Of a stretch of 64,000 nucleotides of DNA, positions 24,714 through 36,066 are shown one piece after another; positions within the stretch are counted from its first letter, which is position 1, and each line of letters starts with the position of its first letter. A program made the position numbers and the translations under genes. The notes under the pieces were generated by a model. The model saw only the letters and a program-made list of their open reading frames with translations. It ran no database searches and was not told where the DNA came from. This DNA comes from Rebecca billardiae RCC1528 (lineage: Eukaryota; Protista; Haptophyta), in contig OZ251224.1 of NCBI GenBank assembly GCA_965240325.2, forward strand, positions 1 to 64,000, written 5' to 3'.

Positions 24714-25288
24714 TCAGCCTGCTGGCTCTGCTTCGGCGGCCGCCTCGCCCTCGGGCACGACCTCCTGCATGAGCTGCACGAACATGTTGTACTCGGCCAT
24801 GCCCTGGATCACGCGCAGGATGAAGCCGTGCTCCGAGCCGTCCTCCCCCTTGGCGAGCTCGTCCTTGGCCGCGCGCATGAAGCTCTCCTGGCTCCAGCCG
24901 TGCGCGGCCACAAACCCCTCGAGCTTGCCCTCGTACATCGCCAGGAACTCCTGCGCCCCGCAGCGGGAGGGGAGGGGAACGGGTTGGGGTGCGGCGCGGC
25001 GGCGCGCGCGGCGCGCGCGGCGCACCTTGTACACCTCCATGTGCTCCAGGCTGTGCTCCGACTCCATGCTCGGCCGGTGCGCAAACTTGTGCGCATGCGC
25101 CTTTGCCCACGCCTCGAACGCCTCCTGCACGTCGTCTGCGCGGCACGCCGCCGGGCGCGGGGAGGGGCGGCGTGAGGAGCGCCCGCACCGCGCCGAGCGC
25201 GCGGTGGGGCGGGCGCGCGCGCACCGCCGAAGAAGAACTCCTCGAGCTTGCCGAAGAGAGCCTTCGCGTCGGCCTCCGCGTCCGCCAT
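24714..25288 (-). CDS. BART/ARL2-binding domain protein (exons 25288-25225, 25135-25026, 24950-24714)
   Basis: Two GT-AG introns give EHSLEHMEVYKEFLAMYEGKLEGFV...EYNMFVQLM. Confidence 0.82.
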
Positions 25289-25462
25289 GCTGCTTGCAGG
25301 CTTCACGTCCGTTCGTCATCCCGTAGACCTGCACTTCATCAGCCCGGCTGGGGCGAGTTCGGTACTTGCACTTCGCAGTTCGCGCGGGCAGCTCACCCGC
25401 GGCCGGCCGTCACCCACGCCCGCCCGCCCGCCGCCGCGCGGCGCGCGAGACGCGCCGCGGGG

Positions 25463-27000
25463 ATGATCGTGTACCACCGGCGCGAGCACTGGCTGCGTCT
25501 GCTCTTCCACACGCGCGGCTCGTCCATCCCGCGCGTGCTGCCCGAGATGGCCGTCGCCGCGCTGATCGGCAGCGTCGCGGTGCTGCTGCACGAGGGCGGC
25601 ACCGAGCTGGCCGCGCTCTGGACGAGCGCGCACGAGCCAAACGGCGTGGTGCTCGACGACAACGCGCACGTGCTGCTGGCGGCGCCACTCAGCTTCCTTC
25701 TCGTCTTCCGCTCGAACCAGGCGTACACGCGCTACTGGTGCGCGCGCGCGCGCGCGCGCGCGCGCGCGCTTGCTCGGCGGCGCGCACCGCTCGCGCGCGC
25801 GCGCGCTGAGCGCTGCGCGCCGCGCCGCGCGCGCGCGCGGCGCGGCGGCGCAGGGAGGGGCGCGGGCTGGTGGGCAAGATGCTCCTCTCGGTGCGCGAGC
25901 TCGCGCGCATCATCGCCTCGTACCACGTCGGCGACGACGCCGCGTGCGCCGCCGAGCGCGCCGAGCTGCGCCGGCTGTCGGTGCTGCTGTACGCCGTGGC
26001 GGTGCACGCGCTGCAGGCGGACGGCGCCGCGCTGCGCGCGTTCGAGCCCGCGGGGGACGGCGCGTTCGGGCGGGCGGGCGCGGCGGAGGGCGAGCGGGGG
26101 GGCGCCGCGGGCGCCCCGCCCACGCGGCAGCCCTCGTCTGCCGCGGCCGGCGACGGCGCGGGGCAGCCGCAGCCGCAGCCGCCGCAGCCGCAGCCGCCGG
26201 CTGCATCGGCCGCTGCGGCTGCGCAGGAGGAGCTCAGCGCGTCCGAGCAGCTCGTGCTCGAGCTGGCGACGCAGGCCGAGCTCGGTGCGCTGTCCAGCGT
26301 GACCCGCTCCGTGCCCGTGTGCGCCACGTGGCTGAGCACCGGGCTGCAGCGCGCGGCCCTGCGCGGCCGGCTCTCCCCCGAGGCCGTGCGGCTGCTCGAC
26401 CCGCACGTGTCCGCGCTGGTGGGCGCGTGGATGGGCGCGAACAAGATCCGGCACACGCCGCTGCCGTACCCGTACGTGCAGCTGCTGCAGCTGCTGCTCG
26501 CGCTCTTCGTCTTCACGCTGCCGCTCACGCTGCCGCACCGGTTCGGCTGGCTCACCCCGCTCGTCTCCGCCGTCGTCGCGCTCGCGCTGCTCGGCATCAA
26601 CGAGGTGGCCTCTGAGCTCGAGATGCCGTTTGGGCGCGACCCCAACGACCTGCCGCTCGACGCGTTCGCGCAGGTGGCGCGCGCGGACGCGACGGCGGTG
26701 CTCGAGCAGCGGGACGCGCGGGCCGAGGGCGAGGCGGGGCGGCGGCGCGCGTTTGGCGCGGCCACGCAGATGCTGGGCGTGGTGGCGCTGGGCAAGGCCT
26801 GCCGCAGCGGGCCACGCGCCACGAGCCTCTTAACCATGCGCGGCGGCGGCGCCGGCGGCGCGGCCGAGGCGTCGGCGCTCGCGCCGCGCGAGGCGTCGTC
26901 GTTCAACGCGCACAACCGCAGGGTGGCGGCCGAGCGGCCAGGGGGCGTCGGCGGCCGCGGTGGTGGCGGCGACGACGTCAGCCCCTACGTGGCGGGCTAG
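25463..27000 (+). CDS. Bestrophin-family (YneE-like) anion channel (intron 25738-25853)
   Basis: FLLVFRSNQAYTRYW|EGR, IRHTPLPYPY, ELEMPFGRDPNDLPLD. Confidence 0.92.
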
Positions 27001-27193
27001 CCCTCGTCAGGTGCGCATTATTGTTGTTACGACAGTTTACTAAGATAAGAGACGCACACATCGTGGTGCAGGCTGTGCTCTGCGGCCACCAACGCCGACT
27101 TCGTGTCGGCGTAACTGGGCACTGCCGCCGACGATTCCGACGAATCAGGAGACCCGCGTGCCCGTCCCCGCGTGGTCCTATACTCTATAGTAC

Positions 27194-27993
27194 CCCTCAG
27201 GTTTAAGCGTTCGCTTCGCTGGCTACGTGATTGCACGCCCGCTCACGCCGTGACGAGCGCACCATGGCGGCTCTCTCGCTCGTGGCGCACGGTCGGGGAG
27301 CACCCGCGTCTGCGCAGACACACGGCTCGCCCGCAAGTGTGCTGTGTCGCGCACGCGCGCGCTCGCGCGGCCGGCCATCGCGCACAGACCTGACTGGTCT
27401 CACATGCACCAGCATGGTCGTGCACGCACAGCGCCGCTCCGCGCACGCAATAAATTCGAGCGTGGTGCGCATGCACGTACACTCTGTGTCCCTGGTCCAC
27501 ACACAGCGTGTGAGCTCGTGCTTTGACCACGTGCAGGCGCACCACAGACTTTCGCGCAGCTGCCGCGCCGGGCCGTGCCAGCGGCTCGACAGGCTCAGCT
27601 CGTGGGCAGCGCTCGCTCGATTGCATGCTCCTGCCGCGCAGGGTGCCCAGCTTGCTGCGCTCGGTGTGTACTGGCGCGCTCGGACGGCACCCCGCGTACG
27701 CCTCGGGCCACGCGTGGGAGCCTAGCTCCACGCACGGAGGACTCGCAGGCGCAGGCCGGCGGCTGCCTCACACGGCTTGGTCGGGAGGCCGCCGCGCGGC
27801 TACCGTCGAGCTCGCCGATCGGCTGCACCTACTTTCAGCGCACGCTACCGCCGCCTCGCGCACGACACGGCAAGGTTGAACACGTGACTGTGGGCGGGCA
27901 TCAGCCCCAAGTACGCAGCCATCAGCACCACGGCCTTCACCTTCAGCGCCGACGATAGAGCCGCCGCTTGATTTTATCGCTTAAACTTGAGGG
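27194..27993. mobile_element. 800-bp element with 16-bp TIRs
   Basis: CCCTCAGGTTTAAGCG ... CGCTTAAACTTGAGGG (15/16 match); no clear TSD. Confidence 0.6.
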
Positions 27994-27999
27994 CCACTA

Positions 28000-28045
28000 C
28001 AGTTTACTAAGAATAAGAGACGCACACAGCTCAGGCAGGCGAGAT
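28000..28045 (+). repeat. 46-bp dispersed repeat (also at 3549-3599, 27033-27060, 42823-42871, 43079-43124)
   Basis: CAGTTTACTAAGAATAAGAGACGCACACAGCTCAGGCAGGCGAGAT. Confidence 0.9.
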
Positions 28046-28626
28046 TGACGCCCGCCAACTGTCACCGCCCATGAAGCCGTCGCCGATGGTAGCGCCGCCG
28101 GAAAAATTCGTTCAGCCGTCCGCCTGCGAGGCCTGGATGAGGGCTGCGGCCGCCTCGCGGCGCGCCAGCGCCCGTCGTCCTCGCCCCACCGTCGTCCACA
28201 AAACGTCGTCGTCCGAACTCGCCGACTGGGCGCCGATGCGACAGCGCGCCGACAGAATGAGGATGTAGTAGGGAATGTAGAGCCCCACTGTCGGTTGGGG
28301 AAGGTGTGTATCAAGCGGCATGACTGGGGTAGCTTATCACACAGAAGGCCTGGCCCTCAGGTGATATGTGCCCCAGTGTGGCGAGTCGGCCTCATGAGGC
28401 GGCAGGGTTCTGTGGCCCTGAGCAGGGTTTGCTGGCGCATCAGCTGTGTGGGCCGGGGCGTCCGGCTGTTTGCGTTTGCGGGCCGGGGCCGGCACTGATG
28501 CCACCCCACCGCTCATGCTGGCCTGCATGTATGGCTGCTGCCCAAGGTCCGCAGTCAAATATGATGCCAGCCGCAAAAACGCTTCGTATGCGAAGTATCA
28601 CCAGAATAAATTGGCGCGCCGGCGCC

Positions 28627-29490
28627 ATGCCGTCGCCCGCCCGCCGCGCCGCGCTCGCGGCCCTCCTCGCCGCCGTCGCGGCGCCACCATGCACGCGCGG
28701 CGTCGACGAATGGTACCTGAACCGCGAACGCGCGCAGAAGGTGCTCGTCGTGCACGTGGGCAAAACCGGCGGCTCCTCCACAAGCTTGTACCTCAAGCTG
28801 AAAGGCGTGCCGCTGCACCGCGTCCACAAGCGGCCTGTCACGCTCGCCGACATCAACGCGACGCGCGCGGTGATCGTGCCCGTGCGCGACCCGCTCGTGA
28901 GGGCGGTGTCCGGCTTCAACTGGCGGCACACGCACCAGGCCACGCCCACACGCTTCGAGCGGGAGCAGCTGTTCAAGTGCTTCAGCCACCCGAATGAGCT
29001 GGCGCTGGCGCTGCTGCCGCCTCGCGGCGACAGCGGAGAGGGGGCGAGGGGCCATGCCACCGTCGACGTGAGCGAGCACTGCCGCAGCGTGGCGCGGCGC
29101 GGGCTCCACCCGGGCGTCGCCGAGGCCAACCAGACGCAGATGGGCATGGGCTGGGCCTACTACCTGGGAGATACAATCTCGCTGCTGGAGAGCGCCGAGG
29201 GGGTGCGAGTGTACGCCGTGCACACGGACAGCCTGCAGAGTGACGCCATGGACATGTACAAGGCGCTGCTGCGCGACCGCACACTCGGGCTGCAGGCTGG
29301 GCGCGGGGACGGCGCCAAGTTCCCCACGACGCACACCTGGCGGTACAACGGCAGCGAGCGCGTAGTGATGGACGCGCGCGCGCGCAAGGCGATGCGCGCG
29401 GAGCTCGTGGAGGACTACTCGATCATCGCGCGCGTCGAGCGGCTGCACGCGCGCACGCTCGCGCGCGACGCGTCGGAGTGCAGCAGCTAG
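28627..29490 (+). CDS. Secreted or Golgi sulfotransferase-family protein
   Basis: Signal-like AALAALLAAVAA; VVHVGKTGGSS; PVRDPLVRAVSGFNW. Confidence 0.83.
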   Translation: MPSPARRAALAALLAAVAAPPCTRGVDEWYLNRERAQKVLVVHVGKTGGSSTSLYLKLKGVPLHRVHKRPVTLADINATRAVIVPVRDPLVRAVSGFNWRHTHQATPTRFEREQLFKCFSHPNELALALLPPRGDSGEGARGHATVDVSEHCRSVARRGLHPGVAEANQTQMGMGWAYYLGDTISLLESAEGVRVYAVHTDSLQSDAMDMYKALLRDRTLGLQAGRGDGAKFPTTHTWRYNGSERVVMDARARKAMRAELVEDYSIIARVERLHARTLARDASECSS

Positions 29491-31300
29491 CAGGAGCTCT
29501 GCTCAGCGGCCACACACCTCTGTCGGACTACTGTACGCGGATGCATGCATCATGTGCTCGTCCGTAGGACTTCGCGGGATCATCTGCTGCCCCTGTGTGA
29601 CCCCGTGTGACTGACCCGGCCCGTGCCAATCGGCGACTACGGTACGGCCATCAGAGAAAGTGACACGTACATCATCAGTTTATACCCCCATATATATATG
29701 TGTAGTGTGTGTGTATATATATATATATATATATGTTTGTGTGGGGTTATTGCGGCACAATAACTGCGCCATATTGTCTAAGAGTAAGAGGACGGTGCGG
29801 TCCGCGAGCCGCCGAGCGCAATGCCGAATGCGCCGTATCAGGCACCTGCCTGCCATTTGGCCCGAGCCAGGCGCCCGAGCTCAAGTCCGGCTGGCCATCT
29901 CGGCCCCCTCTTCTCGTGCCACGAGGGACCTTCGAGCCTGCTCTGTGCGCTCGCACACCCAGAACAACTTACTCGCTGTGCTGCTCCTGGGCCTTAGGCA
30001 GATAGGCAAGGTTGGCGGCGGCACCGGACGGCCAATTGGTGAACTGGGTTTTATTCATGATTGGCACTTCGTGCGTGGCGGAAGCATGTGGCAGGGGCAT
30101 CCCTGCTTTGCGTGCTGATGATCGACAGTTTTGGTTCAGCGAAAACTGGTAGAAGTGGCAATGAAGATTTTGGAATCTTCGTGTGCCTGCTTCCCTCGGT
30201 CGGAATGCTCTCGGAATTCCGTTGATTGCCTTCGGGCCATTGCACGAAAGCTTCGTTCCTGTGATGATCGGGAAGTCTCCTCGAAATGAAAAGAAAGTTC
30301 TGATTACTGCACGGTAGTCTCTGGTCCAGTTCAGGGCACCTTCCCAAGTGGTGAAGAATCCCTGGACCCTTGGATGTGTAGTCCGAAGACCTCATGTGTG
30401 TGCCGATGCTCCTTGGAGTAGTAAATTGCATGAACAATGGCTGCTGTTGGCCTTGCTCTTGAATGGGGAAACCGATTGAATTGCATGATGAAAGTCTGCA
30501 GCTTGGCGGCTGAAATTGCTCAGCGCCTTGGAATTAAAGTCTCGAGCTGGGGAATGGCGCCGATGGCTGCCTTGGACTTTGACAATTCATCAGGCGCCGA
30601 GCGAACCGACGCAGCCCAGTGCCCCTCGCTCACTCGCAGCGAACGCCCTTCGGAAGTGCCCGAGTCTGGCATGATGGCTGCAGCGCTGTTTCCGGGTCTG
30701 CATCTTCCTATTCTTCGAGATGCCCTCTGCACGATGGTGCTTCGTGCCTTGCTCTCGTGCGGCTTGCGGCTGCCCCGCGCTCGGCCCGAGCGCTGGCTGC
30801 CGCTCGCACTTTGTTTCCGAGGAACAAATCCCATATACAATGTATAAAGTCTGGTATCTCGCCGCGTGGCTCCGCCCTGCCCGGCGTGTGCCTCGCCTCC
30901 TCGCTGCATCTGGACGGCGCAGGCGCTTCGAGGACGGCTAGACATATATATATATATATATATTGTTGAGCTGACGCGGCCTGGGGCGCGCATCTCAGCA
31001 GATGGCGTCGCCGCCGGTGCGTCAGGGCCGGTGCTGCAGCTGCAGCAGGCAGACCGGCGGCGCAGCTGCTGCAGAGCAGCACTAGCAGTGCGGACGAGCT
31101 GGCACGACCTGGGACAGTTGCAGAGGCAATGTGAGCCCGTGGAGGCGACGTCCTTCCTGTCGCGCGCGGTGAGCTTTTAGCAGGGCTCGGTAGCGCTCGG
31201 AGCTTCGCGGTTATCCCAAGATATATATATATATATATATACATACTATTATATATACTATTATATACACTATTATATATATATATATATATATACTATA

Positions 31301-31899
31301 TGGCAGGCCGCAGGTCCGCCCCTTGTACTTTGTAGTGCCCATCAGAGAAAAGATAAGAAAAATATAATAAAGGAAAAAGAAAGTCGCCTCGCAAAGAAGA
31401 GAAAATCGCCTCTCGGGCGAGCACCCGGCCCCAGGTCGCACGATCGTGTCGACTCGCCGAGCGTACCTCCAAACGCGTCGACTTTGGCCCCCGTTCGACC
31501 TGCACGCGAGACGACGAGGGCAGCAATCGCGAATCGGGCGAAACTCCCCCCCGGGAGTCCTCTCAGACCTCTCACGATGTCCGTGACAGCGCCGGCGTTG
31601 GATCTGGCGCGCGCGACCCACGCGCTCCGCGGGCATCGAGCACTTGTTTTTTTCCGGCCGAGCGCCCCCAGTGGGAGCTGCGAGGGCGCCCGGCAGTGAG
31701 CGACGCGATTTTCTTTTCTTGGTGAGGCGATTTGCTTTTCTTTTCTTTTCCTTTCTTTTTCCCGGGTGATAAACCGGTTGAAAACCCGTTTGCCGACTGA
31801 GCTCAATTGGCTCGCGCGAGCCGATTCAGCTCAGTCGGCAAACGGGTTTTCAACCGGTTTATCACCTGGCACTACAAGGGGCGGACCTACGGCCCGCCA
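31301..31899. mobile_element. MITE inserted in (TA)n
   Basis: TGGCAGGCCGCAGGTCCGCCCCTTGTA ... TACAAGGGGCGGACCTACGGCCCGCCA with A-rich/T-rich subterminal inverted arms. Confidence 0.85.
31765..31866. repeat. 102-bp near-perfect palindrome
   Basis: Perfect 39-bp arms and a nearly self-complementary 24-bp centre. Confidence 0.95.
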
Positions 31900-31923
31900 T
31901 ATATATATATGATATCATCGGTA

Positions 31924-32941
31924 CAGACAATCTCGGGCAGCAATAAAAAGTCGCAGCGATCCCAAGGCTAGTCTCGGTTTCTGAGCCGTTCGTTCGGTAG
32001 CCCGAGCGCCTGCGAAGTCTCAGCTTCTTAGGTCCGCGCCCGCCCGTCGCAGCGGGCAGCAGCGCGGGCCCGGGGGGCGCAGCGCGGGTATTGTGAAGAG
32101 GTTGTGATGGTTGTTGGTGACGTCCCTGGCGTTTCGCACGGGCTCGTCCGGTCCCGCGCCTGTGGGAGCGGGCTGGTGACGGGCGATCGGCACGGTCGAG
32201 GGTGAGAGGCGAGAGACGTAGGCGTATATACACGAGCACTCAACGACAGCGCGGTCGATGCAGTACCGGCAGCGGCCGCAGCGGCGACGGGCGTAGCACA
32301 TGCGAGCGCGCACGAGGGCGTGAGCTTTATTTAGCGCGTGTCATGTCTAGATTGATGATGCGATCGGTTCCACGCGTCTGGACAGCACAGCGGTCCGGTC
32401 TGATCACGTCAGTCCGGTCTGAATCAGGACCGAGTGAAGAAAGTCGAGAAATAGAAAATCTGGTCGTAGAGGAAGAAATGAATAAACCACAACAGCGGGG
32501 GGCAGACGCAGAGCCCCCCGCTGAGTCTATTCTTTACGGGCCCGGCCCGGGCGAGGCCGAAGAAAACAGTTGGGCACCTTTGGAGCAAATATGGCATACA
32601 TTACAAGTATGTTGCAGGATGCTGGCGCACTGCCAGTGGTCGGAAGGGCGCTGATGACGTGACTTGGAGTCCGCAGGCTAGCTGGCTAGGCGCGCGCCGC
32701 GTACCGTGGCTCTGCGCCGCCCGGGAGCGGCTGCCGGCCGGCCGCCGGCCGCCGGCTGACGAGGACGTACGCGTAGTCTCGCTTTCATCTTACTCTTAGT
32801 CGTGGGACTGTGCGTATAGCGAACCAGCCAATCGCTAGTCTCAGTTTCTAGGCCGGATCCGCAGATGTGAGATGAGTAAGCCCCAGTTTCTTAACGTGAC
32901 AGCTCCGCCATATTAATCATCTTGCCCGCAATAGCCTGCTG
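31924..32941. mobile_element. Diverged copy of the 11529-12059 MITE family
   Basis: Shared blocks such as GGAGCTGTCACGTTAAGAAACTGGGGCTT (inverted); degenerate TIRs with flanking TA. Confidence 0.78.
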
Positions 32942-34094
32942 TATTCAGACAGACAGACGGCGACCGGCCCGCCCGAACTGTCACGTCACCGCGCCAAGGG
33001 TAGTAAGGGTGAGCAACTCCGCTGGCGACAGCCGCGAAGGTCGGCAGCCCTCTCGGTTGCCGCGAGCGGAGCGGAGCGAGTGCTATCAGCGGCGGAGGGC
33101 GCTGAGGCCGCGCACGGCGTGAGGCGCGGCGTCGGCCGAGTCGGTCCGCGGAGGATGCGCGGCGCTCGGCCCGCTGCGCAGCGGCAGTGCGCCTCACTTT
33201 GCCCCGAGCGCCGTCCTCCGCGTCGCCTCCTTCCCGCCTTGGAGCAGCACGCATGTGCGCGCCGCCACCTTGAAGGCGGCACGGGCTTGCTCAGACGACC
33301 GCGCGCGCGTGGCGCGCGACTTGGTCGGCTGCGCGCGCGCGCCGCCGCGGTGCAAGGTAGCGCCGCCGCATGCACGCGCCGTGCCCGCGCGAGCCTTTGC
33401 TCACGGCCATCTCATGAGCGTAGTGCTCGCTTGTCTGCTTGCTCTCACGAATGATTTGCTGTGCCTCACGCTGGCACTCGTCGGGTCGATCAGCGAGGTG
33501 TTGAGTGACATTGGATACCCAGGACGAAGGCCTAGTCTTGTCTATTCCTTCTCAGCACGAATGCAAGTGGACGCTAAGGCTCCGCATCGATGGTACCAAC
33601 ACTCACGCCGCTGTCTTTTCCAGCTTCCCGTCAGTCCGCAAGTCGGATGCCAAGCAGCATTCGACATGTGTGTGAGGTCGCACTCAGGTCCGCGCACACG
33701 CTCTCGCGCTGGCACGGCGCGCGCATGCGGCGGCGCTACCTTGTACCGCGGCGGCGCGCGCGCGCAGCCGACCAAGTCGCGCGCCACGCGCGCGCGGTCG
33801 TCTGAGCAAGCCCGTGCCGCCTTCAAGGTGGCGGCGCGCACATGCGTGCTGCTCCAAGGCGGGAAGGAGGCGACGCGGAGGACGGCGCTCGGAGCAAAGT
33901 GAGGCGCACTGCCGCTGCGCAGCGGGCCGAGCGCCGCGCATCCTCCGCGGACCGACTCGGCCGACGCCGCGCCTCACGCCGTGCGCGGCCTCAGCGCCCT
34001 CCGCCGCTGATAGCACTCGCTCCGCTCCGCTCGCGGCAAACAGAGGGCTGCCGACCTTCGCGGCTGTCGCCAGCGGAGTTGCTCACCCTTACTA

Positions 34095-36018
34095 CAGGTC
34101 GCTGCTTCAACTTTCGGACCCGATTGCTGTTCACTTTTTGTGCACGATGGCGGCGGCGCCCCCGGGGGTCTGCGGCGCTCGAGATCGCGTCTGGCGGCAC
34201 CCCCAGGGTGTGCCTGAGGTACAACCCAGCGGGTATGTACCATTTAGACGACTTTGTTCCACTACCATGTGCCCCACGGATGCCACGAGGTCCACGACGG
34301 GGCCGCCGACGGCATGCTTCAACTTTCAGACCCGCGGGCTCTCAGCGCGCGCGCCGAGTCAGAGCCGCTGTCTGGTGAGCCGTGTGAGTCGGGCTAACGG
34401 CATCATGCACTCTAGATACCACATACATGCAGCAGACCACCTCAGGGATTCACTAGGCTTCCGCGCCACCGCCAGCCGGCGCTGCGGCTGCGCGGCCAGC
34501 ACGGTCGACGACGACAGCTCATACTGACGCGGCGGTGCCCGGCGCGGCCGGCGCCGGCGCCGACTGCTTGCGAGCTTCCGAGCACTCGGCCTTCTTGCAC
34601 AGCCACCCTCGGAGATCGATCTTCTGGCACGTCGGGCAGCGTCTCGCCTTCGCCATCGGGCAGGGCGACACGCCGCACGAGCAGGTCTGGTGACAGCGGT
34701 CGAAGCTCGCCTCGAGCTCAGCAGCAGCTGCCTCCGCCTCCGCCTTCTTCCGCGCACGCTCGGATGCGGCCGCCGCCTTGCGCGCCGCCTCGGCCTCCTT
34801 CTGCGCGGTCTGCGCGGCCTTCTGCGTGTTGATCTCACGCAACGACCACGAGCCGTTTTGGCTGTCGAGCCGCGTGTTGTCCGGCTTCGGCGCGGCGAGC
34901 TCCACGGCGGGCACTGGAAGGACACCGAGCTGGTCTGCGAGCTCACCCGGGTCGAACCTCACCGCCTTGCGCACCGCGGCGAGCTCGGCGTCGTGCTCAT
35001 CACGCTCGCGCACGAGCTTGGCGGCCTGGCGGCCGGAGTACTCCTTGGCGAGCTCGAGCTTGGCGCGGAGGGCTGGAGCAGTGTTCGAGCGCATCCCCGC
35101 AGGCGTGGCTGTGAACGCACTAAACGTAGGTGATGCGTGCGCGCCAGAGGGCTCGCCGTCGTCGGCCGAGCGCGCAGCCCCGCGCTCCGGAGTGCTTGGC
35201 GCCGCTGCCGGCGCCGCCGCCGCGAGCGACGCGGCATCGGCCTCCTCCTCTTGCCGCCTGCGCTCCGCCTTCGCCTGTGCGGCATCGAGACGATCCACGA
35301 AGTCCTTCCTGTTGATCTGGTCCGGGTCCAACACGTTGCCCGTGATGCCCACCTTGCGCCACGCGTTGATGATGTCAAAGGTGTCACACCACGAGAACCA
35401 CGCACCCGGCGTGGACAGCTCCTCACAGCCGCCGAGGATCTGGAGGAACTCGCGGAGGCCGATCGTGGGCTCCTTGCCGTAGCTCGCCGTGTACGCGTGC
35501 TTGAAAGACGCCAGGCCCTTCTGGTATTGCGAGTGGAACTTGTGGTTGTACTGATCGAGAGCCTTCACGGTGCGTGCGGCCGCGCGAGGGCGGAGAGGTG
35601 ATTGTGCGCGCGTCGCGCGCGCGCGCCGGGCCGATTGCACGCCAGGTACACCCGGGGCACGCGCGCGCGCCGGAGAGGCGCTGCAGCCGTCCGCGCGCAC
35701 GGGCGCCTACCTGTAGGAAGTGCGACGTGTTCGGCTCCTCGGTGAAGATGCGGATGCCGAACTCGGACTCAGCAGTGCCGAGGGCTGCGAGCACGTCCTC
35801 CGTGTACCGCGACGAGTGGTTGTCGAGCAACAGCACGATCGGGAAGGCGATGGGCTCCAGCCCCACAGCCACCAGAGCTGCGTTGAGGTCACCAGACGCG
35901 CCGACAGGCCGCCTAGCCCTGCCGCGCGGCGCCCGCCACACAGCAGCCGCTGCGCGAGGTGCGTCGCCATCGCCGGGTCTGAAAGACGAAGCAGTCCGAA
36001 AAACGAAGCAGCGACCTG
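34095..36018 (-). mobile_element. Internally deleted pogo/Tigger-like DNA transposon
   Basis: TA|CAGGTCGCTGCTTC..TTTCGGAC TIRs at both ends with TA duplication. Confidence 0.9.
34519..35890 (-). pseudogene. 5'-truncated DDE_1 (pogo-like) transposase with intron 35710-35563 and Cys-rich C-terminus
   Basis: IVLLLDNHSSR...EPNTSHFLQ|ALDQ...IINAWRKVGI; no HTH or first catalytic Asp region inside the TIRs. Confidence 0.85.
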
Positions 36019-36066
36019 TACCCTTGACCGCGCCCAGTCTTCCGACGCCGATGGTAGCGCCGTCGA

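Larger units (their letters stand above)
32995..36026. mobile_element. Foldback element with about 390-bp arms and 7-bp TSD, interrupted by a pogo-like element
   Basis: ACCGCGC|CAAGGGTAGTAAGGG ... CCCTTACTA[insertion]CCCTTG|ACCGCGC; arms 32995-33385 and 33710-34094 plus 36021-36026. Confidence 0.9.
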
